Under the pieces are notes generated by a model. The model had not been told where the DNA came from and did not search any database. It saw only the letters and a program-made list of their open reading frames with translations. From Bacillota bacterium (GTDB taxonomy: Bacteria > Bacillota > UBA4882 > UBA8346): a stretch of 64,000 nt of DNA. A program made the translations under genes and the position numbers. The stretch lies in contig JBLNCU010000180.1 of assembly GCA_050260935.1 (NCBI GenBank), positions 1,854 through 65,853 on the forward strand, written 5' to 3'. This document shows positions 28,017 to 37,516 of the stretch, piece by piece (positions within the stretch are counted from its first letter, which is position 1; the number at the start of each line of letters is the position of its first letter).

Positions 28017-29330
28017 ATGTCTGAAGTTCAAGCCACAACTACAATGGATAAGATTGTTTCCCTGGCTAAAAGGAGGGGCTTCATCTTCCAGTCAAGCGAG
28101 ATTTACGGCGGTTTAAACAGCTGCTGGGATTATGGTCCGCTGGGCGTAGAGCTGAAAAACAATGTCAAACGGGCCTGGTGGCGCAAGGTGGTTCAGGAAC
28201 GCGACGATATGGTCGGCCTGGATGCCAGTATTTTGATGCATCCGCGAGTCTGGGAGGCCAGCGGTCACGTTGCCGGATTTACCGATCCGCTGGTAGATTG
28301 CAAATCCTGTAAACAGCGGTTTCGTGCCGACCATCTCGAAGGGGACAAATGCCCGGCTTGCGGGGGTGAGTTAACTGAAGCCCGGCAATTCAATTTGATG
28401 TTCAAGACTTTTATGGGACCGGTTGAAGACAATGCGGCCATCGTTTATTTACGCCCCGAAACCGCTCAAGGCATCTTTGTCAATTTCAATAACGTACAGA
28501 CCACTACCAGAATGAAACTGCCTTTTGGGATTGCCCAGATTGGCAAATCCTTCCGGAATGAGATCACTCCCGGCAATTTTACCTTTAGAACCAGAGAATT
28601 TGAGCAGATGGAGATCGAATACTTTGTAAAACCCGGGACCGACGAACAGATTCACCAGGAGTGGCTGAAGCAGCGCTTCCAGTGGTACCTGGATCTGGGG
28701 CTCACCAAGGAACGGCTGCGTCTGCGGGAGCACGAGAGAGATGAGTTGGCTCACTACGCCAAGGGCTGTTATGATGTGGAGTATTATTTTCCAATGGGCT
28801 GGTCGGAGCTGGAGGGGATCGCCAATCGGACCGACTTTGACCTCAAACGCCACCAGGAGTATAGCGGCCAGCGGATGGACTATTTTGACCAGGAAGCCAA
28901 TGAGCATTTTATACCGTATGTCATTGAACCGTCGGCCGGGGCTGATCGCGGCACCTTGGCCTTCCTCCTTGATGCTTACCACGAAGAGCCCGATAAGGAA
29001 GAAGTCCGGGTGGTATTGAAACTTCATAGGGCTCTGGCGCCTTACAAAGTGGCGATTTTGCCGCTCTCCAAAAAGGAGCCGTTGGTGGAGATGGCTAAAG
29101 GGATAGAGAAAGAACTGCGCAAGTACTGGATGGTCGATTATGACGATTCCAAGGCGATCGGCCGCCGCTATCGCCGACAGGATGAAATTGGAACCCCCTA
29201 CTGCGTGACGGTAGATTTTGAGAGTATCAACGACAAGGCAGTGACCGTCCGCGATCGGGACAGCATGGAGCAGGAGCGGATTCCGGTGACGGAGTTGTAT
29301 AAGTATTTATTTGAAAAATTGGCCTGGTAA
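28017..29330 (+). CDS. glyQS: Glycine--tRNA ligase (homodimeric GlyQS type)
   Basis: 437 aa. N-terminus [41 protein letters not shown], and an anticodon-binding C-terminus. Confidence 0.95.
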   Translation: MSEVQATTTMDKIVSLAKRRGFIFQSSEIYGGLNSCWDYGPLGVELKNNVKRAWWRKVVQERDDMVGLDASILMHPRVWEASGHVAGFTDPLVDCKSCKQRFRADHLEGDKCPACGGELTEARQFNLMFKTFMGPVEDNAAIVYLRPETAQGIFVNFNNVQTTTRMKLPFGIAQIGKSFRNEITPGNFTFRTREFEQMEIEYFVKPGTDEQIHQEWLKQRFQWYLDLGLTKERLRLREHERDELAHYAKGCYDVEYYFPMGWSELEGIANRTDFDLKRHQEYSGQRMDYFDQEANEHFIPYVIEPSAGADRGTLAFLLDAYHEEPDKEEVRVVLKLHRALAPYKVAILPLSKKEPLVEMAKGIEKELRKYWMVDYDDSKAIGRRYRRQDEIGTPYCVTVDFESINDKAVTVRDRDSMEQERIPVTELYKYLFEKLAW

Positions 29331-29352
29331 GGTTGATGATTTAAAAATCCAC

Positions 29353-29391
29353 AAGGCTTTCACCTGAAAGAACTGGGGCGAAAGCCTTTTT
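29353..29391 (+). terminator. Rho-independent terminator after glyQS
   Basis: AAGGCTTTC...GAAAGCCTT (9 bp) followed by TTT. Confidence 0.6.
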
Positions 29392-29423
29392 ATATGTCAT
29401 ATATCTATTCTTAAAATAGTACC

Positions 29424-29452
29424 TTGACAATCATAGTAATATTATTTATACT
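29424..29452 (+). promoter_or_regulatory. Sigma-A-type promoter of the padR operon
   Basis: TTGACA, 17 nt spacer, TATACT. Confidence 0.55.
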
Positions 29453-29473
29453 ATAATAGTGGAGGTGAAATTC

Positions 29474-29800
29474 TTGAGTGGAAAGATTTCCTCGGATTTG
29501 TTGCGGGGTCATACCGATACTATCGTTTTAAAAATTTTAAGTGAGCATGACAGTTACGGATATGAGATTTACAAAAAAATCATCGAAAAAAGTGAAGGCT
29601 TGTATGAATTGAAAGAGGCCACGCTCTATTCAAGCTTCCGGAGATTGGAAGAAGAAGGCAATATCACTTCTTACTGGGGAGATGAAACCCTCGGGGGACG
29701 AAGAAAATATTACCGGATCACTGCCTTGGGAGAAAATACTTACCGCTTGAATAAGGAAGACTGGGAATTTACCAAAAGAATCATTGACAAATTAATATAA
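29474..29800 (+). CDS. PadR family transcriptional regulator
   Basis: TTG after GGAGGTG. LRGHTDTIVLKILSEHDSYGYEIYKKI...LYSSFRRLEEEGNITSYWG...GGRRKYYRIT. Confidence 0.85.
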   Translation: MSGKISSDLLRGHTDTIVLKILSEHDSYGYEIYKKIIEKSEGLYELKEATLYSSFRRLEEEGNITSYWGDETLGGRRKYYRITALGENTYRLNKEDWEFTKRIIDKLI

Positions 29801-29814
29801 GGAGAAGAGGAAAG

Positions 29815-30678
29815 ATGAAAGACAGGATCAAAAAATATGTCGATGGTCTGTTTGAAAACGTGTATGATACCAAACAATTACAGGAATTAAAAGAAGAGAT
29901 CAGCGCCAATTTATTGGAAAAGGTGAATGATTTCATGGCAAAGGGCGGTAATGAGGACGCGGCTTTCAAAAATGCTGTGGCCAGCCTGGGTGATATGAGC
30001 GAATTGGTTGCCAGTATAAGAAGGGCCGCGAAGAAGAGAGCCAAAGAGGATACCTATAAAACATTTCCGTTGGATAGAAAGCATGCGTTGGCGTATGTTA
30101 CCGGCGCCGCGGTATTTTTATTCGGACTGATGACAGGTGGAGCTGTTTACCTGTGGCACAGAGAACTATTTATTGCTTTATCGTCTTTCATACCTTTTTT
30201 ATTCCTTTCGGCGCTGGTATTTTGTTATTTCTGCCTCACTCAAGAAACCAGACAGCATTATGGGATGAATCCTAAGCGGGCTTTATCATATACTATCGCT
30301 GTCGGAGTGGCGCTATTGGGAGCTGTAGTAGGAGGCATCCTGTATTTACAAGGGCGGGGACTTTTGGTTGTCTTCGCAACTTCGGCGCCTTTGTTGATCA
30401 TTGCTGGAACTGCCTTTCTTTACTTGAGATTAACTGAGAAAAGCCGGAGAAAGATGAATCAGGAATGTGTAAATCAATGGATCGAGTATTATAGTAACCC
30501 GCATACCATGATGCTGCGGGGATCAATCTCCGGAGCTTTATGGATTTTCTCTGTCGCAGCCTTCTTTTTAATAGCTCTGATTTGGGGTTGGAAGTACTCC
30601 TGGATTGTATTCATAATTGCAACTGGAATTGAGGTACTACTGAATGCCTTTTTTACAGCCAAAGGAAAAGAGGATTAA
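29815..30678 (+). CDS. PadR-associated membrane protein (soluble helical N-domain plus about 6 TM)
   Basis: N-terminus MKDRIKKYVDGLFENVYDTKQLQELKEEISANLLEKVNDFM resembles the helical prefix domain of membrane partners encoded after PadR genes. Polytopic C-terminal half. Confidence 0.5.
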   Translation: MKDRIKKYVDGLFENVYDTKQLQELKEEISANLLEKVNDFMAKGGNEDAAFKNAVASLGDMSELVASIRRAAKKRAKEDTYKTFPLDRKHALAYVTGAAVFLFGLMTGGAVYLWHRELFIALSSFIPFLFLSALVFCYFCLTQETRQHYGMNPKRALSYTIAVGVALLGAVVGGILYLQGRGLLVVFATSAPLLIIAGTAFLYLRLTEKSRRKMNQECVNQWIEYYSNPHTMMLRGSISGALWIFSVAAFFLIALIWGWKYSWIVFIIATGIEVLLNAFFTAKGKED

Positions 30679-30795
30679 ATTTAAAGAGAATAGTTGGAGA
30701 AGGTATGTTTTAAGGGTAAAAAAGCGTGTATAACATGGTGATTGGTCTGTCTTTGCTGGTATGTTCATACTGTGGCTGGAGTGGTAAAATCAAGG

Positions 30796-30824
30796 TTTTT
30801 AGCCGGGAGAATCCCCGGCTTTTA
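30796..30824. terminator. Bidirectional terminator between convergent genes
   Basis: TTTTT-AGCCGGG-agaatc-CCCGGCT-TTT. Confidence 0.6.
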
Positions 30825-30849
30825 ATATGTATCCGGCGTTAGGACTGTC

Positions 30850-31209
30850 TTATTTATTCTGGTCATCAAGTCTATCAACTGCCTCAGATGTGGAGACCGG
30901 CTTACCCATTAACAACAGTTTGACTATAGCCCAGGCGATCAGCCAATAAACCAGCATGGCCAGTAATGTCGTCCATTCAAACACACTGCTGTCCACTTGA
31001 GTCAGGCCAAATACATTCAAAAAAGGGGCCGCAAAGGGGGAGCTGATTTTATAGATAAAACTGCTAAAACCGGCTTCCGGATTGGCTCCCAGAAATTTCA
31101 GGATAAAGCGAAAGGCCAGCAAAGCCTGGAGAATGCTGGTTATATACCAAATAATTTGGGTGCCGCGGTATAATTGTTTAATGCGTGGAGAATTGTACGA
31201 AGGGTTCAC
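30850..31209 (-). CDS. YggT family membrane protein
   Basis: GTG start after GGAGGT. ALLAFRFILKFLGANPEAGFSSFIYKISSPFAAPF fits the YggT repeat pattern. Confidence 0.6.
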   Translation of the reverse strand: MNPSYNSPRIKQLYRGTQIIWYITSILQALLAFRFILKFLGANPEAGFSSFIYKISSPFAAPFLNVFGLTQVDSSVFEWTTLLAMLVYWLIAWAIVKLLLMGKPVSTSEAVDRLDDQNK

Positions 31210-31399
31210 CTTTTTTTACCTCCGGGGAATTGTTCGCAAAGTAATAAAACGAAGGGGCCTAAATTGTATTCTTTGCAATTTCACTGGAATTACTCAAGAT
31301 TAGAGGGACTTTTTGCTGGAAGGCGAAACCGGATGGGAAAACTTTCCCCAATATCCCGGGGCCATTTTTTAAAAGCCGGCTAAAAACCTCCCGGGCCAA

Positions 31400-31428
31400 T
31401 TGCGTATTTACCAAAATTAATTTATAAT
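31400..31428 (+). promoter_or_regulatory. Sigma-A-type promoter of the aro operon
   Basis: TTGCGT, 17 nt spacer, TATAAT. Confidence 0.5.
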
Positions 31429-31521
31429 TTAACAAATGATAGACCAAAGGCGATAAATTCCCCCTTTTTCGGAGGGTGGACCGGACTCGCCTTCTGTTTA
31501 AAAATTTTTTCGGAGTGGAAA

Positions 31522-32727
31522 ATGATTCGTTTTTTAACCGCCGGGGAATCGCATGGCCCGGCTTTAACAGCGATTATCGAGGGCTTTCCGGCAGGTCTCC
31601 CGTTGGCCGCCGGGGATTTGCAGTCTGATCTAACCAGAAGACGCCAGGGTTACGGCCGGGGCGGACGGATGAAAATTGAAGCCGATGAGGTTAATATCCT
31701 TTCCGGGGTGAGGCACGGCCAAACCTTGGGTTCTCCAATCACTTTGCAGATTTTGAATAAAGACTGGGAGCGTTGGCAGGCGGTTATGGCGGCGGAGGAC
31801 TTAAAAACCGCCTCCTCCGAAAGAATAATCATTGCCGCCGATGAGAAACTAGCCGAATTAAAAGCCGAGGTCACCGCGGCCCGACCCGGGCACGCAGACT
31901 TGGCAGGGGCTTTAAAGTACTGTCAGACTGATCTACGGAATATTTTAGAAAGGGCCAGCGCCAGGGAGACTGCGGTTAGGGTAGGGGTCGGCGCTGTAGC
32001 CCGGAAGTTTTTAGGGGAGTTCGGAATCACCGTTTTCAGCGGTGTGCTCCGGATCGGCCGGGTTTTTTTGGCCGAACCGCCTGTGGATCTTGACGCCTAC
32101 CGGGAAAAGGTTAAAAATTCCCCGGTGGCCGCTCCGGATGAACAGGTTTCCAAATTAATGATGGCCGAGATTGATCAGGCCAAAGAGTCGGGGGACTCTC
32201 TGGGCGGCGTATTTGAGGTGATCATTAAAGGGGCGCCGGCTGGCTTAGGGAGTCATGTCCATTGGGACCGGAGGTTGGATTCCAGATTGAGCGCGGCTAT
32301 GATGAGTATTCCGGCTATCAAAGCCGTTGAGGTGGGCTTGGGATTTAAAGCAGCCGAACTCCATGGTTCGGAGGTTCATGATCAGATTTTTTACAATCAG
32401 GAACGGGGTTTTTACCGGAATACCAACCATGCCGGGGGTATTGAAGGCGGGATCAGCAACGGCGAATTGATCCGGCTTCGTTTAGGGATGAAACCCATTC
32501 CCACACTTTATAAGCCATTACAAACCGTTGATATCCGAAGTAAAACTCTGGAAAAGGCCAGTGTGGAACGGTCCGATACTTGCGCCGTTCCGGCGGCGGC
32601 GGTAGTGGCTGAGGCCATGGGCTGCTGGGTTATTGCCGAGGCTTTTATGGAAAAGTTCGGCGGCGATCATTTGACGGAAACCCGCCGCAATTTCGAAGAG
32701 TATCTCCGAGAGATTAGGAGCAGATAA
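31522..32727 (+). CDS. aroC: Chorismate synthase
   Basis: MIRFLTAGESHGPAL, RRRQGYGRGGRM, GGIEGGISNG. Confidence 0.95.
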   Translation: MIRFLTAGESHGPALTAIIEGFPAGLPLAAGDLQSDLTRRRQGYGRGGRMKIEADEVNILSGVRHGQTLGSPITLQILNKDWERWQAVMAAEDLKTASSERIIIAADEKLAELKAEVTAARPGHADLAGALKYCQTDLRNILERASARETAVRVGVGAVARKFLGEFGITVFSGVLRIGRVFLAEPPVDLDAYREKVKNSPVAAPDEQVSKLMMAEIDQAKESGDSLGGVFEVIIKGAPAGLGSHVHWDRRLDSRLSAAMMSIPAIKAVEVGLGFKAAELHGSEVHDQIFYNQERGFYRNTNHAGGIEGGISNGELIRLRLGMKPIPTLYKPLQTVDIRSKTLEKASVERSDTCAVPAAAVVAEAMGCWVIAEAFMEKFGGDHLTETRRNFEEYLREIRSR

Positions 32728-33257
32728 TGAAGATCATTTTGATTGGCTTTATGGGGACCGGGAAGACAACAGTCGGAAAGCTGCTCGCCGCCAATTTGGG
32801 CTACGATTTCCTGGATACCGATGATTTAATTGAGGCCAGGGAGGGGAAGACCGTATCCCAAATTTTTGCGACCGATGGAGAGGCCTATTTCCGGAAACTG
32901 GAGCATAAGCTAGCCCGGGAATTATCCAAGGCTGATTCCCTAGTAATCGCCTCCGGGGGCGGGTTTGCGCTGAACCGGGAGAATATGGAGGTTCTCCGTT
33001 CAAACGGGCTAGTTGTTTCTTTAAACGCCTCTCCGGAAGTAATTTATCAACGGGTGAAACATGAAAGCCACCGGCCGCTTTTAGCCGTTAAGAACCCTTT
33101 GCCGCAGATCGAAAAATTACTTTCCTACCGGGCCAAATACTATCAGGAAGCCGATTTAATGGTCGATACCTCCCGGAAGGAGCCGGGCGATATTGTCAAG
33201 GAGATACTCGGCGAATTGGCGGGAAGAGGAGTGTTTAATGGAAGAAATCGGAATTAA
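32727..33257 (+). CDS. aroK: Shikimate kinase
   Basis: P-loop GFMGTGKTTVGKLLA, then DTDDLIE and GGGF. Confidence 0.9.
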   Translation: MKIILIGFMGTGKTTVGKLLAANLGYDFLDTDDLIEAREGKTVSQIFATDGEAYFRKLEHKLARELSKADSLVIASGGGFALNRENMEVLRSNGLVVSLNASPEVIYQRVKHESHRPLLAVKNPLPQIEKLLSYRAKYYQEADLMVDTSRKEPGDIVKEILGELAGRGVFNGRNRN

Positions 33258-34332
33258 TTTAGCTGAGCGGAGTTATTCGATCTTGATTGGCCGGGAATTA
33301 CTGGTTGAAACCGGCGCTATTTTCAAGGAACGCGGGATTTCCGGCCGGATTTTGGTGATTACCAACCCCACCGTCGCCGGATGGCACCTTGAACCGGTGT
33401 TGACTTCTCTCCATGAAGCCGGGTTTGACGTCCAATCACTGGAAATTCCCGATGGGGAGTCTTACAAGTCGCTGGAGCAAGCCAACGTTATATATGATGC
33501 TTTAATTGAGGGGACTTTTGACCGCACCTCCATATTGGTGGCTCTAGGGGGCGGGGTTATCGGCGATTTAACCGGCTTCGCCGCCGCTACTTATATGCGG
33601 GGAATCCGCTTCATCCAGCTGCCCACTACCTTACTGGCGCAAGTGGATTCCAGCATTGGAGGGAAGGTGGCGGTCAATCACCCGAAGGGCAAGAACCTGA
33701 TCGGCGCTTTTTATCAACCGTCCCTAGTCATTGCCGATGTTTCAACTTTAAAAACCCTCCCCAAACGGGAGTTTAGCTCGGGAATGGCCGAAGTGATCAA
33801 GCACGGTGTAATTCTGGATGAGAATTACCTCCGGTTGATTACCGGCGAGGCTGCGGCTATCCGCCAGTATGATCCGGCCTTGTTGAGTTGGATTGTTTCC
33901 GGTTCCTGCCGGATTAAAGGGAGAGTGGTTGAGGAAGACGAGCAGGAGTCCGGGCTAAGAATGGTGTTAAATCTGGGGCATACAATTGGGCACGCTATCG
34001 AGAGCGCGACCAATTATTCTTTTTATAAACACGGCGAGGCGGTAGCCCTCGGCATGCTAGGGGCTGTACGGATCAGCGCCCGAATGGACCTGCTCCGGCA
34101 GGCTGATTTATCCGAAAGGTTACTGGAGATATACCATCAGTTTAACTTGCCAGTGGACTTGCCCGGCCTAAACGTCAATAAAATCCTGGAAGCGATTTCT
34201 TTGGATAAAAAGGCCCGGTTTAACAAGGTCCGTTGGGTTCTGCCGGTAAGAACCGGTGAAACAGTAATATCCGACCAGGTTCCGGCTGAGATAACGGCTG
34301 AAGTTTTAAGGCAAATGGGGGGATTAGCTTGA
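33238..34332 (+). CDS. aroB: 3-dehydroquinate synthase
   Basis: The ATG at 33238 gives [58 protein letters not shown]. Overlaps the aroK end by 20 nt. Confidence 0.9.
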   Translation: MEEIGINLAERSYSILIGRELLVETGAIFKERGISGRILVITNPTVAGWHLEPVLTSLHEAGFDVQSLEIPDGESYKSLEQANVIYDALIEGTFDRTSILVALGGGVIGDLTGFAAATYMRGIRFIQLPTTLLAQVDSSIGGKVAVNHPKGKNLIGAFYQPSLVIADVSTLKTLPKREFSSGMAEVIKHGVILDENYLRLITGEAAAIRQYDPALLSWIVSGSCRIKGRVVEEDEQESGLRMVLNLGHTIGHAIESATNYSFYKHGEAVALGMLGAVRISARMDLLRQADLSERLLEIYHQFNLPVDLPGLNVNKILEAISLDKKARFNKVRWVLPVRTGETVISDQVPAEITAEVLRQMGGLA

Positions 34333-34778
34333 ATAAGATATTAATATTACACGGCCCGAATATAAACTGGCTGGGGAAAAGGGAACCGGAGGTTTACGGC
34401 CGGCAAACCCTGGATGATTTGAACGGGATAATCACCAAATTCGCCGCCGAAGCGGAGCTGGCATTAAAAATTTTTCAAAACAACTCCGAAGGCGGTTTAA
34501 TTGATATTATTCAAAGGGAATCCGGTTGGGCGGAGGCGGTTTTGATCAATCCGGGCGCCTACACTCATTATAGTTACGCCTTGCGGGACGCCTTGGCGGG
34601 TGTCGATCTACCGGTAGTGGAGGTTCATTTAAGCAATATTTACAACCGGGAGGAGTTCCGGAGCCATTCAGTGATTGCTCCGATAGCGGCCGGACAGATC
34701 TGCGGCTTTGGATTTAACAGTTATATTTTGGGACTTCAGGCGTTGAAAGGGATTTTAAATAGAAAAGCGGCAATTTGA
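34329..34778 (+). CDS. aroQ: Type II 3-dehydroquinate dehydratase
   Basis: [49 protein letters not shown]. Confidence 0.92.
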   Translation: MNKILILHGPNINWLGKREPEVYGRQTLDDLNGIITKFAAEAELALKIFQNNSEGGLIDIIQRESGWAEAVLINPGAYTHYSYALRDALAGVDLPVVEVHLSNIYNREEFRSHSVIAPIAAGQICGFGFNSYILGLQALKGILNRKAAI

Positions 34779-34912
34779 GTTTAATATCTTAACCTCTAAA
34801 TTCCGGCTTCTGAATCCTGCGTCACATTAAATAGACGGCTACAATAAGTTTACCGGATCGGCTTTCTGGGAATGTTTAATTATAAATTAATTATGAAACA
34901 GGGGTAAAAACT

Positions 34913-35983
34913 ATGGAACGCCTCCAAATTGTCAGGAAACAACTTCCGGATTTAAATCTGGATGCTTTATTGGTTACCAACCCGCAGAACCGGCGTTATT
35001 TAAGCGGTTTTTCCGGTTCAGCCGGGGTTTTGTTGTTGTCGTCAGCCGAGGCTTTTATTGTCACTGATTTTCGCTACTGGGAACAGGTTGATCAAGAGGT
35101 GAAAGAGTTTGCTTTATCCAAACAGGGTCCCAATCTTTGGCAAAGTGTTTCGGAGTTAATTCAGAAAATGGGCTGGAATAAGGTTGGCTTTGAGGCTAAC
35201 AGCCTCACCTTTCAAGAACACTTGTTGCTCCGAGAAGCCTTGTCCTCAAATGTGTCTTTAATTCCAACCACTGATTTGATAGAAAAACAGCGTTGGGTGA
35301 AAGACGGGGGCGAGATCAAACTGCTGGCCGAGGCGGCCCGGATAACCGATAAGGCTCTGGCTGAAACATTGGCAACGATTAAACCGGGAATTCAAGAGCG
35401 GGAGATCGCCCTGGAATTTGATTATCAATTGCGGCTAAACGGAGCCGAGGGGAACTCCTTTACCACCATCGCGATATCCGGCCAAAGAACCGCCTTACCG
35501 CATGGGGCGGCTTCCGCCCGAAAAGTCGCTCCCGGAGATTTGGTATTAATTGATGGTGGGGCGTTATATCAGGGATATCACGGCGATCTAACCCGGACGG
35601 TGGTGTTGGGAAAGGCCTCCGTCGAACAAAAAAGGATTTACCGGGTGGTGCTCGAGGCCCAGCAGAAGGCCTTGGATTATTTGAAAGCCGGATTACTAGG
35701 GTATGAAGTGGATAAGGTAGCCAGGGATTTTTTAGCCGATCAGGGGTTTAGGGATTATTTCGGCCATGGCTTGGGGCATAGTGTCGGTTTAAACATCCAT
35801 GAAAGTCCCAGATTGGCGCCTACCGAAGCAAACCCGATCCCTGCCGCGGCCGTAATTACCGTCGAGCCGGGAGTCTATATCCCCGGCTGGGGAGGAGTCC
35901 GGATCGAGGATCTGGTGGTGGTGACGGACACCGGGATCCATAATTTAACCGGGAGCCCCAAAGAAGATTTATTGGAGCTTTAA
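34913..35983 (+). CDS. Xaa-Pro aminopeptidase/dipeptidase (M24B)
   Basis: Pita-bread metal ligands: DGGALYQGYHGDLTRT, HGLGHSVGLNIHE, VEPGVY, IEDLV. Located upstream of efp as in many Firmicutes. Confidence 0.85.
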   Translation: MERLQIVRKQLPDLNLDALLVTNPQNRRYLSGFSGSAGVLLLSSAEAFIVTDFRYWEQVDQEVKEFALSKQGPNLWQSVSELIQKMGWNKVGFEANSLTFQEHLLLREALSSNVSLIPTTDLIEKQRWVKDGGEIKLLAEAARITDKALAETLATIKPGIQEREIALEFDYQLRLNGAEGNSFTTIAISGQRTALPHGAASARKVAPGDLVLIDGGALYQGYHGDLTRTVVLGKASVEQKRIYRVVLEAQQKALDYLKAGLLGYEVDKVARDFLADQGFRDYFGHGLGHSVGLNIHESPRLAPTEANPIPAAAVITVEPGVYIPGWGGVRIEDLVVVTDTGIHNLTGSPKEDLLEL

Positions 35984-36099
35984 AAGATAATTTGCTCGAC
36001 AAAGGCCTCTTTTTTATGGTAGAATATTTCCGGGTTATAGTTGGACTTGTTTGGAATGATAAATTTTGAACCTGTGATGGTCTAAGGGAGGATTGCTTG

Positions 36100-36663
36100 A
36101 TGATTTCTGTAACTGATTTTAAAACCGGGTTAACGATTGAAATTGACGGCCAGTTATATACAGTGGTTGAGTTTATGCACGTTAAACCGGGGAAAGGCGC
36201 CGCCTTCGTCCGGTCCAAACTGAAGAATATTAAAACCGGGTTTACGGTTGAACGGACCTTCAACTCCAATGAAAAAGTGGAAACCGCCCACATTGACTTC
36301 CGGGAGATGCAGTATTTATACAAGTCCGATGATGACTACACCTTTATGGATATGGAATCCTTCGAGCAGATGTCCATTCCCGCCTCCAAAATGGGGGATG
36401 CGCCGAAATACTTAAAAGAGAATATGATCGTGGAGATCCAATTATATCAAAACGAAGTTTTGGGGGTTCAATTGCCCAACACGGTTGAATTAGAAGTAAT
36501 TGAGACCGATCCTTCCTTTAAAGGAGACACCGCTACAGGCGGTTCTAAACCTGCCACCCTGGAAACCGGGGTAGTGGTGAATGTGCCCTTTTTTGTAGAG
36601 AAGGGGGATGTTTTACAGGTCGACACCAGGACCAATCAATATCTTAAACGGTTGAACAAATAA
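36100..36663 (+). CDS. efp: Elongation factor P
   Basis: MISVTDFKTGLTIEIDGQLYTVVEFMHVKPGKGAAFVRSKLKN. Confidence 0.95.
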   Translation: MISVTDFKTGLTIEIDGQLYTVVEFMHVKPGKGAAFVRSKLKNIKTGFTVERTFNSNEKVETAHIDFREMQYLYKSDDDYTFMDMESFEQMSIPASKMGDAPKYLKENMIVEIQLYQNEVLGVQLPNTVELEVIETDPSFKGDTATGGSKPATLETGVVVNVPFFVEKGDVLQVDTRTNQYLKRLNK

Positions 36664-36691
36664 TACCTCAATAATTAATCTTATAATATTT

Positions 36692-36717
36692 AAGCCGCGG
36701 ATAGTTGCGGCTTTTAT
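36692..36717 (+). terminator. Rho-independent terminator after efp
   Basis: AAGCCGC-ggatagtt-GCGGCTT followed by TTATT. Confidence 0.6.
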
Positions 36718-36921
36718 TATTCTTTTAGTTTACTTTCGAAAATAGTATTCATCCTCTCTTTCGAAGTGCCGGAAAAATCGCCTCATCCGTGAACCCGCTC
36801 CACCCGTGGAGAAGAGTTGGGGGATGAGGCGAAGGCTTGATTTATTTAAACCGCATCTTGAGCGGGGACGGTATAAGAAGATTCCGATAAGGGATAATAC
36901 CTTTATAGGGAGGGCGAGAGA

Positions 36922-37353
36922 ATGAAAGAGCTAAAAGAAAAAACCGCTTACCTGCGCGGGTTGGTTGAAGGGGCCGATTTTCCCAAAGATGAAAAGGAAA
37001 AATTGATCTGGGAAGGTTTAATGGATTTCTGCGATGAAGTCGCTGAGGAAGTAAGCCAGTTGGAAGAGTCCCAAAATGAAGTGGAAGATTATGTGGAGGC
37101 GATTGACCAGGATCTGGGTTCTTTGGAGAAATATTTCTACAACGCCGAAGATGAAGACGAGGAAGCGGAGGTGGTATTTTCCAAGGATGGCCAGGAAGCG
37201 GTGATGGAAATGACCTGTCCCTATTGTCACGAGGATATCTATTTCGAGGATCAAAACGGTAATTATGAAGTAATCTGCCCGGAATGCGGCAAAGTAGTCT
37301 GGAATAGTTCCCTGGAAGAAAGCAATTCCAACCATAAAACGGATGCGATTTAA
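36922..37353 (+). CDS. Acidic protein with C-terminal zinc ribbon (CD1247 N-terminal-domain-like)
   Basis: 143 aa. N-terminus MKELKEKTAYLRGLVEGADF, an acidic middle, and CPYCHEDIYFEDQNGNYEVICPECG. Sits between efp and spoIIIAA. Confidence 0.6.
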   Translation: MKELKEKTAYLRGLVEGADFPKDEKEKLIWEGLMDFCDEVAEEVSQLEESQNEVEDYVEAIDQDLGSLEKYFYNAEDEDEEAEVVFSKDGQEAVMEMTCPYCHEDIYFEDQNGNYEVICPECGKVVWNSSLEESNSNHKTDAI

Positions 37354-37516
37354 AGATCAATATTAGAATTTCAAGGCTGTCATAATTTAAAGCCCGTCTC
37401 CATAGATATCTAAGGACGGGCTATTAAATTTCCCGGAGTTCTCAAGTTGCTTGTTTGTTTTTAGGTTATACTTTTCTTTCAACAAAGTAGAATTAGTCTA
37501 AACCTTTATTAGAAAT

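Noticed and set aside
28449-29027. 192-aa ORF antisense to glyQS, plus a 92-aa alternative-frame ORF at 28741..29019.
   Set aside because: These are shadow ORFs inside a highly conserved synthetase gene, with no SD or motif.
30735-30842. 35-codon ORF (MVIGLSLLVCSYCGWSGK...) in the gap before yggT.
   Set aside because: It has no SD, it runs through the bidirectional terminator hairpin, and it has no recognisable family.
36842-37360. 172-aa ORF on the minus strand covering the zinc-ribbon gene upstream of spoIIIAA.
   Set aside because: Its extremely R/P-rich, low-complexity translation is what the antisense of an acidic (GAA/GAG-rich) gene produces. The + strand ORF has an SD (GGGAGGG) and CxxC...CxxC motifs.
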